Shown piece after piece: positions 39,405-50,209 of a DNA stretch of 64,000 nt. The stretch's first letter is position 1. Each line of letters begins with the position of its first letter. The stretch is taken from positions 3,104,001 through 3,168,000 of the forward strand of contig OZ220744.1 in the NCBI GenBank assembly GCA_965116925.1. The letters are read 5' to 3'. Origin of the DNA: Candidatus Poribacteria bacterium (GTDB taxonomy: Bacteria; Poribacteria; WGA-4E; PCPOR2b). The position numbers and the translations under genes were made by a program. The notes beneath the pieces were generated by a model, which saw nothing but the letters and a program-made list of their open reading frames with translations, was not told the origin of the DNA and made no database searches.

Positions 39405-40590
39405 GGTTTACTCCCCTTTCTCCAAAGCAGTATATTCTACCATCGTCCGCACCAATCACCAGTTTTCCAGTCACAACGCTCGGAGAAGCAATAATGGCTG
39501 CGCCGATTACAAATTCCCAGACTTTCTCACCCGAATTAAGATTCAACGCAACGAGTTCTCCACCCATCGTCCCAAAGAATACGCGCTCACCGACAATCAC
39601 CGGAGAGGAATCCACCCGCGATTTGGCGGGATATGTCCAAAGCAGTTCTCCGGTCTGCGGGTTCAGCGCGTGAACCATCTTGTCGCGCCCCCCAATCACA
39701 ACTATATCCGCTGTCACAGCCGCCGAAGCGTAGAATGGGAAATTCCGGTCCGGGTGTTCATACCACCAAAGAATTTCCGAACTTTCCAATCCTGCACACA
39801 ACACCTGATTCCCAAACGTTCCTGCATACGCCCGGTTGTTCAGAATAGCAGGACTGGCAGCAACATAGTCACCCAACGCAATCTTTTGCTGTTCCACACC
39901 GTCAGCGATATTGATGCGGCGCAGATAACCGTCGCACCCTGAAATAACAACCGCACCGTTGATTATCGCCGGTGTACCATGGACGTATCCCTCGGTCTCC
40001 AACTTCCAAACTAACGAACCATCTTCGGCAGAGAGACAATAAAGGAATTGGTCGTAGGAGCCAAACAACAGGCGATTTTGAGCGACATTGGCAGAGGAGA
40101 TAATTTCAGCATCGGTTTCAAAAGTCCATCTGGATTCACCCGTTTGGGCATCTACTGCATGAAAAATACCCATGCCATCGCCAAAGTATACCACATCCCT
40201 GAATACAGTGGGGGAAGATTTAATCTCTCCGGATCCCTGATACCTCCACTTTAATCCCCCATTTTCAAGGTTGGTGGCGTAGAGATAGCCATCTAAAGAT
40301 CCGACATAAACCGTTCCCGCTGCAATAGCAGCAGTCGACTCGATTGCATCTTCCGTCTCGAATGCCCAGAGCAATTCGAGGTTATCAGGCAGTTTACTGG
40401 TAGCAACACCAGTGAGTTGAGGGTTGCCCCGAAAGCTGAGCCAATCGTCAGCGGAGGCTCGGCTCTGTCCAATAGAATGAATCAGAATATAGCTGAAAAA
40501 AATGTAAAACGTGAAACGTGAAACGTGAAACGTGATTCGTATTGCGCTTTGTATTTTAATAACCCAAATTGCTAGATTTTGAAAATCCAT
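39397..40590 (-). CDS. Secreted PQQ-like (BamB-like) beta-propeller protein; overlaps the radical SAM start
   Basis: DWLSFRGNPQLTG, regular SSP.V....VY.G..DG..Y repeats. Confidence 0.88.
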   Translation of the reverse strand: MDFQNLAIWVIKIQSAIRITFHVSRFTFYIFFSYILIHSIGQSRASADDWLSFRGNPQLTGVATSKLPDNLELLWAFETEDAIESTAAIAAGTVYVGSLDGYLYATNLENGGLKWRYQGSGEIKSSPTVFRDVVYFGDGMGIFHAVDAQTGESRWTFETDAEIISSANVAQNRLLFGSYDQFLYCLSAEDGSLVWKLETEGYVHGTPAIINGAVVISGCDGYLRRINIADGVEQQKIALGDYVAASPAILNNRAYAGTFGNQVLCAGLESSEILWWYEHPDRNFPFYASAAVTADIVVIGGRDKMVHALNPQTGELLWTYPAKSRVDSSPVIVGERVFFGTMGGELVALNLNSGEKVWEFVIGAAIIASPSVVTGKLVIGADDGRIYCFGERGVNRE

Positions 40591-41410
40591 TGGTTGCCTG
40601 TTAAAGTTGAAGGACTCTGCCTTTCGCTCCAGAGGAGCGATATGTCTATAGCAGAGCTTTGATATTCGACAGTAGCAATCCCCTCGTGGGGACAGGTTCC
40701 ATGAAGTTTAAGTATTTAAATCGGTAATCCTATTTTCCTCCAAACATACGGTAGGCGCGGTTTGCAACCGCGCCGGCGTCGCTAGCAAATTACCGAACTG
40801 TTTTTTTAATTTTCATCCAACCTGTCCTTGCCCTAGGTTGACGCAAGTTGCTAGGTTCTGTTGACTGGTCCGTTGGTTGCCTATTAAAGTTGAAGGACTC
40901 TGCCTTTTGCTCCAGAGGAGCGATATATCTATAGAAACGCGACACCTACAAGTCTCACGCTCCAGAGGAGCGATATGTCTATAGCAGAGCTTTGGTATTC
41001 GACAGTACCAATCCCTTCGTAGGGACAGGTTTCATGAAGTTTAAGTATTTAAATCGGTAATCCCGATTTTCCTCGAAACACCCGGTAGGCGCGGTTTTCA
41101 ACCGCGCCGGTGTCGATAACAAATTACCGAACTGTTTTTTTTATCTTCATCCAACCTGTCCTTGCCCTAGGTTAACGCAAGTTGCTAGGTTCTGTTGACT
41201 GGTCCGTTGGTTGGGTTGAACGGTTAACCGTCAATCCCTATCAAGTCCAATAGAGGCTCCGTTGTCCAACAACATCTGCTTATAGAAAGATACAGTGAAA
41301 CCCAACTCCGTTTGTCATCGGGACGCTGCCTGTGCAAAAAACTGTTTCGTAAAAGTGCGCTTTTGTACCACGATCTGTTAGATTGTGATACCAGTTCGCG
41401 CTACTTATGG
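40591..41410. repeat. Composite repeat array: tandem ~280-340-bp units, each with MITE B (40701-40816, 41034-41150) in a REP loop, plus a family G copy
   Basis: Unit starts near 40591 and 40874; flanks rejoin to GGACAGGTT-loop-AACCTGTCC. Confidence 0.8.
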
Positions 41411-41601
41411 CAAATTGCCTGATGATTACAGCATTTGCCGAATAAGCAGCATCAAAATGTCAACACGCCCTAATCAATAAACCAAGCCCCAGAAATCGGC
41501 GCAATAGTCGGGAATTGGAATTCCCTCCTACAGAAAACGGACGGTAAGGGGCGTACCCTCCGAATCGCGACTGGCTTGACTCAACTGTGTAAGTCCTAAT
41601 A

Positions 41602-42711
41602 TTAATAAGATGCCTCATAAAGTTCTAGTAACTCAACTGCGCCGACTGGTCGTGGGTTGAATTTCCCGGTCCACTCCTTAGATGCTGCTTCCGCCAGTTG
41701 GGGCAGATCTGTCCGCTGAATCTCAAAATCCCTTAACCGCTCCGGTAGTCCCGCCACCGCTTTTAATTCGGAAACGCGTTCATGCAATGACGAAGGATAT
41801 AATTCCTGATAAAGCGTACTCACCGCTTGGCTGTTAAAGCGGGTAACACTAGGCAGCATTAACCCGACCGCAACACCGTGCGTGATGTCATATCTGGCGG
41901 TCAAAGGATTTGCGCAGGCGTGTGCGGCACCGAGCATCGAGTTCTCTATCGCAGCACCCGCCAAATGCGCCCCCAAAAGCATTCGGCTCCGGGCTTCTAT
42001 ATTTTCTGGGTCCCTGACCACAGCTTCAAAACTCGTTTCCAGCAAGCGCCACGCCTCTTTGGCAAACATCTGAGAGATAGGATTTCGCCGTGTGCAGACA
42101 TAGCTTTCCACCGCGTGGGAAATAGCATCAATACCTGTAGCAGCTGTTACCCCCTCCGGGGTGGTTGCCGTCAAAACCGGATCGAGAATAACCGTGCGGA
42201 ATCGAGCTTTCTTGTCACCGCACGCCATCTTCTGATGCGTACCCGCTTGCGAGATTAAGGCGAAAGACTGCGCTTCGCTGCCGGTGCCTGCGGTTGTCGG
42301 GATACCAATGGAAGGGAGCATCGGCTTAGTCGCTTTGTCCACACCCCAATAGTCCTCCATCCGTCCGCCGTTTGTCAAGATGAAGTTAATTCCTTTGGCG
42401 CAATCCATCGCGCTTCCACCGCCAAGCCCGATGAGGAGGTCAATCCCTCCCCAATCTGTTGCAAACTGTGCGCCATCTGCGACATGGCGGCTTGTCGGGT
42501 TTTCCGCGGCTCCATCAAACACGAATGCCTCCAGACACGCCGCTTTCAGAGAATCGAGTGCCCTGTCCGATATGCCTGCCCTAATGATACCGGGATCGGT
42601 GACGAGCAGCACCCGTGTACCCCCTAGTTCTCTCGCCAGGTCGCCTAACTGGTCTAAACTGTTTTCACCGAAAACGATACGGGTGCTGGATTGGAAATCA
42701 AATGATTGCAT
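41602..42711 (-). CDS. Iron-containing alcohol dehydrogenase
   Basis: GLGGGSAMD, PTTAGTGSE, DAISHAVE, HACA, HGVA. Confidence 0.93.
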   Translation of the reverse strand: MQSFDFQSSTRIVFGENSLDQLGDLARELGGTRVLLVTDPGIIRAGISDRALDSLKAACLEAFVFDGAAENPTSRHVADGAQFATDWGGIDLLIGLGGGSAMDCAKGINFILTNGGRMEDYWGVDKATKPMLPSIGIPTTAGTGSEAQSFALISQAGTHQKMACGDKKARFRTVILDPVLTATTPEGVTAATGIDAISHAVESYVCTRRNPISQMFAKEAWRLLETSFEAVVRDPENIEARSRMLLGAHLAGAAIENSMLGAAHACANPLTARYDITHGVAVGLMLPSVTRFNSQAVSTLYQELYPSSLHERVSELKAVAGLPERLRDFEIQRTDLPQLAEAASKEWTGKFNPRPVGAVELLELYEASY

Positions 42712-42737
42712 TTTGTGTAAAACGTCAGAATCACAGA

Positions 42738-43478
42738 TTAATCAAACGGTCGCGCTGCTCGAATCTGCTTAACCTGCTCAGCGATCTCGTCGGCGGAAGC
42801 GTCTAGCATCCGCTCCCCCTTTTCAGCGGTTGCAGGTCGTGGGTCACCAACGCCACCATGCCGAGTCCGCTGATCGAAGCGGTAGTAGGAGGCCATCCCC
42901 GGCACCCGCATCCCGTCGCGCTCCCCGTCGGGATCTAATCGATCTGTGCGAACGAGGCTCGGATCGATTGCCATAATCATACAGGTCTCGGTCTCACCGG
43001 CATGACCCGATCCCGCGCTACCTAACTCACGAATCTCATCAAGTGCCCCACCCCACGCCCAACGGGAATAAAATTCAGCACCGCTATCGCCGTAACGCTC
43101 CATCAAACGCTGGAGAAGGACCGAGATATTCGAGCCGTTACCGCCGTGACTGTTCTGGATGAAAATCTTCTTGAAGCCGTGTCCTACCATCGAAGCGACG
43201 ATATCCATCATCAGCAGCAGATGGGTTTCAGATATGGCACTGATGGTGCCAGGATACCGTATGTGGTGCTGAGAGTATCCGAGCCACTGCATCGGCAAAA
43301 CCAGAACATCGTCCGGGCAGCGTTCATGGACACGACGCGCTACCTCCTGTCCAATCAAGCTGTCCGTAAATACCGGCAGGTGAAGGCTATGTTGTTCACA
43401 AGATGCCACCGGCATCAACACGACAATATCGCGTGGCAGGGCATCAACTTCGGGTGAGGTCATTTCTGCTAAGATCAT
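42738..43478 (-). CDS. Creatininase/creatinine amidohydrolase family protein
   Basis: EQHSLHLP..TD, NSHGGN, HAGETET, GGVGDP. Confidence 0.9.
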   Translation of the reverse strand: MILAEMTSPEVDALPRDIVVLMPVASCEQHSLHLPVFTDSLIGQEVARRVHERCPDDVLVLPMQWLGYSQHHIRYPGTISAISETHLLLMMDIVASMVGHGFKKIFIQNSHGGNGSNISVLLQRLMERYGDSGAEFYSRWAWGGALDEIRELGSAGSGHAGETETCMIMAIDPSLVRTDRLDPDGERDGMRVPGMASYYRFDQRTRHGGVGDPRPATAEKGERMLDASADEIAEQVKQIRAARPFD

Positions 43479-43493
43479 AGATTTTTCTCCTGA

Positions 43494-44063
43494 CTAAGGA
43501 TTTTGTAATTCTTCAGCATGGCTCAAAAGGGTTTCAAGAAGATCTGTCACACTCAATTCTCGCGCCCACTTCCATAAATACGCTTTGTCCAACCTTTGCC
43601 ATTGAACAATTGCAACTCCAAGGGCATCACTAAATTGACGCTCTGACTGACTCTCTTTTGACCATTCTAACTTACTCAAGATAGCATCCTCTGGAGAGAT
43701 AACAGAAACCTGAATCCCCAGCATATTTGCAGCTATCCGTCTCCTAAATTCTTCCAAACTAAATGCACGGTCTTTACGAATAATGAAGTCCGCTTTTCCA
43801 CCGGTTTGATGGTCAATCACGTTGAACATAGACCGATTTTGAAGTGCTTCTTGCGCCACTTCTGGACTGACATAGTAACCTTCACTCAACGACTGAATAA
43901 AGGTTGTCAATTGCGCTACGGTAGGGACAATTACCAAATCTATATCATTAGTTGCTCGTGGTTCCCCATGTAGACTGCTTCCTAGCGATCCTGAAATCAT
44001 ATAGGGAATTCCGGCATCTTCCAATTTTGCTACGAGTCGCCCTAAGAAATCTGATTGGTTCAT
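43494..44063 (-). CDS. Nucleotidyltransferase-fold protein (AbiEii/MenT-like)
   Basis: SGS.....HGEPRATNDIDLV, SPEDAILSKL. Confidence 0.75.
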   Translation of the reverse strand: MNQSDFLGRLVAKLEDAGIPYMISGSLGSSLHGEPRATNDIDLVIVPTVAQLTTFIQSLSEGYYVSPEVAQEALQNRSMFNVIDHQTGGKADFIIRKDRAFSLEEFRRRIAANMLGIQVSVISPEDAILSKLEWSKESQSERQFSDALGVAIVQWQRLDKAYLWKWARELSVTDLLETLLSHAEELQNP

Positions 44064-44362
44064 TAACTTCCGATCTCAATGTCAGGATAGGCTTGGCGGA
44101 ATAACTCGTCTCCTATCGCTATACGAATGGCAGCCAACCGCACCATATCCTCATCATAGTCAGGATGCCGTTGTCGAACACCAGATTCTATGATTGAGCG
44201 AAGTCCATCGCTTAACTCCATCGCCATACGGGCCCGACCTTCCATACCCATTTTACGGAAAATTGAAAACTGCACACGAGCAGCTTCTATCGTTGTATCT
44301 TTTGGCACGATTTCTAAGTGCATTTTATCCTCATGTCTATACGAATCGTTGTCACTATCCAC
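44063..44362 (-). CDS. Small helical partner protein of the nucleotidyltransferase (TA-like)
   Basis: DTT.EA..VQ...FR.M....R, GVRQRHP; overlaps both neighbours. Confidence 0.65.
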   Translation of the reverse strand: MDSDNDSYRHEDKMHLEIVPKDTTIEAARVQFSIFRKMGMEGRARMAMELSDGLRSIIESGVRQRHPDYDEDMVRLAAIRIAIGDELFRQAYPDIEIGS

Positions 44363-45779
44363 GGTTCACTTGCAACGCCCGCTGTCGATAAAGAAAATCA
44401 AACAAATTCCCTTCATGCGGCTGATCCCAAGAAATCCGATTCGTCGAAATGGGACCTATATTCAGACGTTCCACCTCTGGAGAGCCGAGCAAATCATGGA
44501 TAAATCCCTCATCTTCTGTGACGGCAGTTACTACAAGGCTTGGACCGATACGATCCAATATCTCCCCTTGCGGAACCTCTACCACACTGACAAAGGGAAA
44601 TAGAAACTCCGTGTTTGCCAGTGGATGTTCCGAATCTTCACACCAGATAACAGTTGGACTGAGGAAGGTGCAGCCCGCTTCTTCAACCACTCGTCCTCCA
44701 TCTCGATATTTGGCTGTCAGGTCCGTTGCACCGGGAACCTTCAGTTGGTTGTCGATAAGTCCTGAAATCCCCTCGGCGACTTTCGGATTGGTGAAAGCAG
44801 CAATTTCGGCGTCCGGATCGTCTAACGGCTTTGGGGTAATCTCTGCCAAGCATTTCGCCAATGCCTCTGCGATTTCACGTCCGTGTGATGGAACCCAGAC
44901 GCCGGAGGCGTTGATGCAAGACCGTCCACCATTTTCAGCGATCGAACTGACCATAAGATCGAGATATTCTTCCCACCGTGAAACCCTGTCCTTGGCGATA
45001 ATAACTTTACTCCGCCCCGGTCCGTGAATCTGCACGTTGCGATTCGCCTGCCACGGCGCCACCGTCGAACCCCCGCCAAACAGCAGCGATCTGCCGCACT
45101 GAAGTAGGATTTCTGCAGCCCCCGAATAATCCGTGGGGTAGAATCCAAACGCTTGAGGAGGACAACCCGCCTCGATGAGAGCCTGCGCGATACGAAAAGG
45201 TGTCCACGGTTCCTCACTGCCGGGCTTGAGAACAAGCGGCGTTTTCAGTGGAATCGCCGGCAGCCAAAGAGAATGTACGCCGGGGGAATTGCTCGGAAGC
45301 ACCGCCCCCAATGTGTCAGTTTGGGGAACGTAACTCAGCGGACGTTCGTTTTGAGTGCCCCAGCCAGAATCCATAATGGACAAATCTAATCCACGGGTCA
45401 GTCCATCCAAGACCTCCTCCATTTCGTCCAAAACCAACCAAATCTTACCCATATTGTTGCGGCAGAGACTTTGTGGCAAGCCCGTTGTTCCAGAGACCTG
45501 CTGAATATAGTCATTGGGCGATTGCAGCGTATCGTCCAAAGGTAGTTTCGATTCCATAAAAAGGTTGGCTGCTTTTTTACACATCGCCAAGAGTTCTGAC
45601 ACAGACAGATCTTCGAGGACCTGCTTGTTCTCCTTGGCTTGGTGCAGATCTTTTGCAATCAACCCACGATTTGCCTGACTCACAACTGCAAGCGGTTCGC
45701 CTGTTTGGATATGTGATACATGGCTCAGATTCAAACTTTTATAGGAAAGTCCAGCCCGCAAAATCGGAATGTGTATCAT
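44355..45779 (-). CDS. Aldehyde dehydrogenase-superfamily protein, LuxC/acyl-reductase-like
   Basis: LPSNSP, LKPG, catalytic Cys in NGGRSCINAS, HGPGRSK in place of ELGG, EFLFP. Confidence 0.85.
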   Translation of the reverse strand: MIHIPILRAGLSYKSLNLSHVSHIQTGEPLAVVSQANRGLIAKDLHQAKENKQVLEDLSVSELLAMCKKAANLFMESKLPLDDTLQSPNDYIQQVSGTTGLPQSLCRNNMGKIWLVLDEMEEVLDGLTRGLDLSIMDSGWGTQNERPLSYVPQTDTLGAVLPSNSPGVHSLWLPAIPLKTPLVLKPGSEEPWTPFRIAQALIEAGCPPQAFGFYPTDYSGAAEILLQCGRSLLFGGGSTVAPWQANRNVQIHGPGRSKVIIAKDRVSRWEEYLDLMVSSIAENGGRSCINASGVWVPSHGREIAEALAKCLAEITPKPLDDPDAEIAAFTNPKVAEGISGLIDNQLKVPGATDLTAKYRDGGRVVEEAGCTFLSPTVIWCEDSEHPLANTEFLFPFVSVVEVPQGEILDRIGPSLVVTAVTEDEGFIHDLLGSPEVERLNIGPISTNRISWDQPHEGNLFDFLYRQRALQVNRG

Positions 45780-45943
45780 GGTGAATAGATCCTGTGTATA
45801 TAGATTTAAGACTTACGCAGCTGGTCTATAAGTCCCCCTGACAAGGGGGATTTAGGGGGTTAAGAAGAAAAAAGCTTGCGCTGCGTGCTGAATTTGCGTA
45901 AGCACTGTAGATTCAGGTCTGTTTTTTGCCCATTAGCTGGTTA

Positions 45944-47692
45944 CTAAGCCGCGCGAGCTTGAGCTGCCGCCACAGCCTCCACAAGTCGGAATTGCTTCGC
46001 CGCACGTCCGCCCTCTGGTACACCTAACGGTAAGCGCACATTCAGGAGAAATGGACGATTCTCCCCCTCAACCACATTCAACCCATGCTCAATCGCCGCA
46101 GCAAGCCGAGATTCATCTTGGACGTGCATACCGTCCACACCAAATCCGTCAGCGAGCTTCACTGGATCGATGCCGTCTAAAACAACGCCGGCATATTCCC
46201 CAGTCTCCTTCATCACCCCATTTGCGCGTCCAAAGGATGAAGCGACGACGCCGTAGGATTGGTTGTTGGAGATAATGTAAAGAACCGGCACGCCATGATG
46301 CGCTGCTGTCCAAAGCCCCGAATCTGCGTAGAACATTGAACCGTCACCGACCAACCCGACAACCGGCTTGTCGGGTGCTGCCAATTTCAAACCAACCGCC
46401 CCACCAATACCGTAGCCCTCAGACCCACCAGCAGCTCGAATATACACATTCTTGCCGCCGCCATCAGGCCCACCGACGGTGTCCAAAGGAACCACATACT
46501 GCTCAATCATCACCATCCCACCGCCACGGCGTTCTAAGGCTTTGTCGAGGACATCCGCAACCAGCCACGGTCGAACCTGGTTCGGTTGCGCTTCACCCCG
46601 TTGTGTCTCCTTTAGCCGTTGTGTACGAAGTGCGGCGGCGCGTTCGTGTGCCCAAGCGCGACGTTCGACAAACTGTTTTGGCGGATGGCTCGACGCCAAT
46701 TCCGCTAACCGCTCGAAGGTCCGACACTCATCCGCCAAAATCGCCAGATCTATATTTGGTATGTTCTTAACATTTTCAATATCCGGACCAATAGCGATGA
46801 CCTTTTTCGCTCTGGAAAATGTGCCGAAATCACCCGGTCTCCCACCGCCCCCATGCCGCATACCGATACAAACGATCAGGTCAGGCTGAAGGGCACTTGC
46901 CGCCTGATCCATCCGTCCGCAGTTGAGTTTATGTGTTGTTGAGATACCTCTACCCCAACTTCCGACGAAGGGAACACCAAAATGTTCAGCGAGGGCGGAG
47001 ACTTGGGCTTCTGCGCCGCTTTTCCAAACGCCATCCCCAATATAAAACAGAGGGGACTTCGCATCGCACAAAGCAGATTCAAGCTTCTCGACATCGCTAT
47101 CTGAAGGATAACCTGCATGGAGATCTGGGAGTTCGCCCTCAATAATGTTCGTAGTAATCTCTTCGGGACCAAGCACCCGATCATAGACAGCGAGGTGGAC
47201 AGGTCCCACCGGCGGCGTTTTGGCGACCAGTAAAGCCCGATGAATCGCTTGCGAAAGTCCGTCGGGTTCAATCACTGTCCAATTTTGCTTCGTAAAAGGC
47301 GCAGCGATGGAGGTCGGCCCGAAGTCATGGCTCAGATCGAGTCCAATCCGATCGGCGTAGCTGCCGGTATCTCCCGCAAAGGTGATAACCACCACAGGCA
47401 GACTACCCGCCCAAACGTTGATGAGCTGCCCCAAGCACTGGGCAAGCCCCGCACCGAGATGGACCAACATCACCCCCGGATCGAGGTTTGCCTGCGTATA
47501 ACCACCTGCCTGTGCCGCAACGCTGCCCTCATGGAGTGCCAAGATGCCGTGTATATCGGGGTGCACATGCAGCGCATCGAAAAAAAGTGCCTCGCGTGAG
47601 CCTGAATTATTAAACACATATTTCACACCCGATGCCGCCAATTGTTCAACCATAACCTGAGATGGATTCGCCGTAATAGGCCTCATCTGCAT
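45944..47692 (-). CDS. Thiamine diphosphate-dependent enzyme (benzoylformate decarboxylase-like)
   Basis: NSGSRE, LHE, GDGS...NN ThDP motif. Confidence 0.88.
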   Translation of the reverse strand: MQMRPITANPSQVMVEQLAASGVKYVFNNSGSREALFFDALHVHPDIHGILALHEGSVAAQAGGYTQANLDPGVMLVHLGAGLAQCLGQLINVWAGSLPVVVITFAGDTGSYADRIGLDLSHDFGPTSIAAPFTKQNWTVIEPDGLSQAIHRALLVAKTPPVGPVHLAVYDRVLGPEEITTNIIEGELPDLHAGYPSDSDVEKLESALCDAKSPLFYIGDGVWKSGAEAQVSALAEHFGVPFVGSWGRGISTTHKLNCGRMDQAASALQPDLIVCIGMRHGGGGRPGDFGTFSRAKKVIAIGPDIENVKNIPNIDLAILADECRTFERLAELASSHPPKQFVERRAWAHERAAALRTQRLKETQRGEAQPNQVRPWLVADVLDKALERRGGGMVMIEQYVVPLDTVGGPDGGGKNVYIRAAGGSEGYGIGGAVGLKLAAPDKPVVGLVGDGSMFYADSGLWTAAHHGVPVLYIISNNQSYGVVASSFGRANGVMKETGEYAGVVLDGIDPVKLADGFGVDGMHVQDESRLAAAIEHGLNVVEGENRPFLLNVRLPLGVPEGGRAAKQFRLVEAVAAAQARAA

Positions 47693-47760
47693 AAAATATT
47701 ACCTCGCTTTCTTTGTCTATTTGAAGCATGAAACATGATGCGTAAAAGTAGCCCAGAAAT

Positions 47761-48720
47761 TCAGATTTTGATTAACCAATCACACAACGAAACAACCTGA
47801 GTTTCATTGGTTAAATTGGCACTGTTCGATAGTGTGCGATTTTCTAGTTGCTGATAAATTTCTTTAGCCATAGCAGTTTCTATGGCTGCACCTATAAAAA
47901 AAGTCTTAGGGAAACAATTTCTATCTGAGAAAGCTGTTCTGATTCTAGCCAATGCCGAGTTTGCTGTTTTCCAATGTTCATCTGCCCCCGCTGGATCAAT
48001 GCCACCTTTTAGCTCACCGAGGGCAAGATATTTGTCTGGTTTGTGATGTGCTGAATCCCTATGGCCTCCAAATATTATCTCGTTTGGTGAACAGTCGAAT
48101 AGACAGAAATCTACATTTTTTCTTACTGTTGGTACAGTTAAGTTGCAGATCAAGGTTCGTTCATTTCCCTGAGATACCCAACGCAATCCTTTCAGCCTCC
48201 TCTCTATTTCTATCTCAGTATTTGGAGTTGCCCAATTTTTACTCTCTGAATCAAGATATTCAAAATCCACACCGCTCACCGAACATGTGGACATAAGGAT
48301 TCTCATAAATCGCCACTCACCTAATTTGCCCCCTAAATTTCTCATGCGACCACCAAGAGAATCGCCTCTTGTAAGTAAGAAGCGGTAAACCAATTCATCG
48401 ACAAATGACTTACCTGAAGGTTCCAAGAAATTCTCAATTAACCCTTTGATTGCTGCTTTTTTATCCTTCCCTTGCAGGTGAGCCTCTGCCTTGTCAGAAA
48501 CTCCTGCGGCCGTAAGTAATGAATCTTGTATTTCACTTATCTCCAATAGTTCCTTTGGTGTTTTTGCTCTTGATGCGAATACTTTAAGGGCTTTAGCTTC
48601 TTCAACAAAAGGCGTTGCCGTTCTGTTTTTTTCTAACGCTAAAGCAATAAACCCCGCCCGCGTCTCTTCATAGGGGGTAATTAAATCTTTGTACGATTTC
48701 AGGTGATTATTAAACGGCAC
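47761..48720 (-). CDS. Type II restriction endonuclease, AvaI/BsoBI family (predicted CYCGRG)
   Basis: RFLLTRGDSLGG.MRN, LGELKGGIDPAGADEHWKTA signature. Confidence 0.88.
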   Translation of the reverse strand: MPFNNHLKSYKDLITPYEETRAGFIALALEKNRTATPFVEEAKALKVFASRAKTPKELLEISEIQDSLLTAAGVSDKAEAHLQGKDKKAAIKGLIENFLEPSGKSFVDELVYRFLLTRGDSLGGRMRNLGGKLGEWRFMRILMSTCSVSGVDFEYLDSESKNWATPNTEIEIERRLKGLRWVSQGNERTLICNLTVPTVRKNVDFCLFDCSPNEIIFGGHRDSAHHKPDKYLALGELKGGIDPAGADEHWKTANSALARIRTAFSDRNCFPKTFFIGAAIETAMAKEIYQQLENRTLSNSANLTNETQVVSLCDWLIKI

Positions 48721-50172
48721 TTACTGATCCTTTTTCCATACATAGACACACTTTCTCAACGCTTCACGTCCGTGCCTACCCATTTGTTGAGAGCTATTCC
48801 CCTTACCTTGAGGCAGAACAAGGATTTTTTCTATCTGAAATCCAATGTCTTCAGCTATTTTTGAGAGGATTGTATCTACAGATATTGCAGCACCCGCATA
48901 TCTTACATTGTCATTCACCATGAACATCATGCCATCTTTATCCAATACCCGGTAACATTCTTGGATAACACAAGCCATCTCATAAAAATAACCCCTCACC
49001 ATACGGGCAATTCCGCTGTTATTGAGTTCTTTTTTATCTCTTTTGTAATCCAAATAGTTCAATATCCCTTGCAATAAAGGTAAGCCATCACAAATGCCTA
49101 TAGCCATTTTCCATGTCGGATTTAAGTCAATGAGTGCTTTTGCTTTGTTTTCTACCGTGCAGCTTAACATCGCTTGTCGCAAGTTCGCTAATCCAATTTC
49201 ATTGACGCCAAGCAGTGCATGTTCTAAGGCATAAGTGCGTGTATAGTCGTAACGATTGCAGTAAGGGGGTGACGTAATTATCCCCGAATAAGCCCTACTT
49301 CCCAATTTCGACAGCACCTCTAAACATGAACCTTTTAATAAATTTACATCGCCTGCCTGTATATCCTCCTGCATAGATGAAAATAGATTGCCTTCGCCTT
49401 CCCCAAGGTTTATATCATCTTTTATTTCGTTTAGTTTTTCTAAAATGGCTTCATCAAATGGCAAAATTTTCCCTTTGTCGAAAGGGTTTTTACCATTTCT
49501 GCGTCCAGATCTGTAATCCCAGCGAAGGTACTGTCCATCTTTCCTTGTATAGCTTATTGACTCCAGAACGCATAGCAGGGCAAACAGTAGTGTTTCTTGT
49601 GTTTCTGAAGGTTCATTTTCCAACTCATTTAGATACCTTCCGATTTTGTAGTGCGTTTCTTGAGGATACGCGCCATGGGTTATGCGAAGTACTTCAAAAC
49701 CCTTAATTTCACCTTCAGCATTCCAAGGCTTTTGAAACAACCAGTTTTCTAATCCAGAAACAATGCTCTGTTTATTCGCCCCCCTGGCGAGCATATTTGC
49801 CTGTATGATTTTTTGCCCAATCGGTAAGAGTTCAATACCCTCAGAATGATAACCCAAAGAGGAGCAGACAAATAAAGCGGTCCCCGCGCCCGCAAAGGGA
49901 TCTAGTATTTTCCCTTCCACCACCCTATACTTACGAAAAAGATACTCCACTAAATCCGCAGAAAACGCCTCTTTGTATTTGTACCATCTATAGTATGTAC
50001 GAGCTTTATTCGCTTGGAAGCTGACCAGTTTTCTGGTCAAAGCATTATCAACGATGAGCGTATCGGGAAAATATTCGGCGAGGGATTTATCGAGTACCTC
50101 TATTTGTCCCAAAAGGATATCGTCTTCGGTGGTTTCGGACCACTCAATCTCTTGGATGGCATCAACTAACAT
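48721..50172 (-). CDS. Cognate N4-cytosine DNA methyltransferase
   Basis: LDPFAGAGT (motif I), TSPPY (motif IV); abuts the endonuclease. Confidence 0.9.
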   Translation of the reverse strand: MLVDAIQEIEWSETTEDDILLGQIEVLDKSLAEYFPDTLIVDNALTRKLVSFQANKARTYYRWYKYKEAFSADLVEYLFRKYRVVEGKILDPFAGAGTALFVCSSLGYHSEGIELLPIGQKIIQANMLARGANKQSIVSGLENWLFQKPWNAEGEIKGFEVLRITHGAYPQETHYKIGRYLNELENEPSETQETLLFALLCVLESISYTRKDGQYLRWDYRSGRRNGKNPFDKGKILPFDEAILEKLNEIKDDINLGEGEGNLFSSMQEDIQAGDVNLLKGSCLEVLSKLGSRAYSGIITSPPYCNRYDYTRTYALEHALLGVNEIGLANLRQAMLSCTVENKAKALIDLNPTWKMAIGICDGLPLLQGILNYLDYKRDKKELNNSGIARMVRGYFYEMACVIQECYRVLDKDGMMFMVNDNVRYAGAAISVDTILSKIAEDIGFQIEKILVLPQGKGNSSQQMGRHGREALRKCVYVWKKDQ

Positions 50173-50209
50173 TCGGCAAATATTCCCTTTTTTTAATAAT
50201 TACCTTTTT

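Noticed and set aside
38058..43478. Mycofactocin-like RiPP cluster (radical SAM + creatininase + dehydrogenase)
   Set aside because: The radical SAM enzyme is HemN-like with no SPASM cysteines, and no precursor peptide or RRE protein was seen
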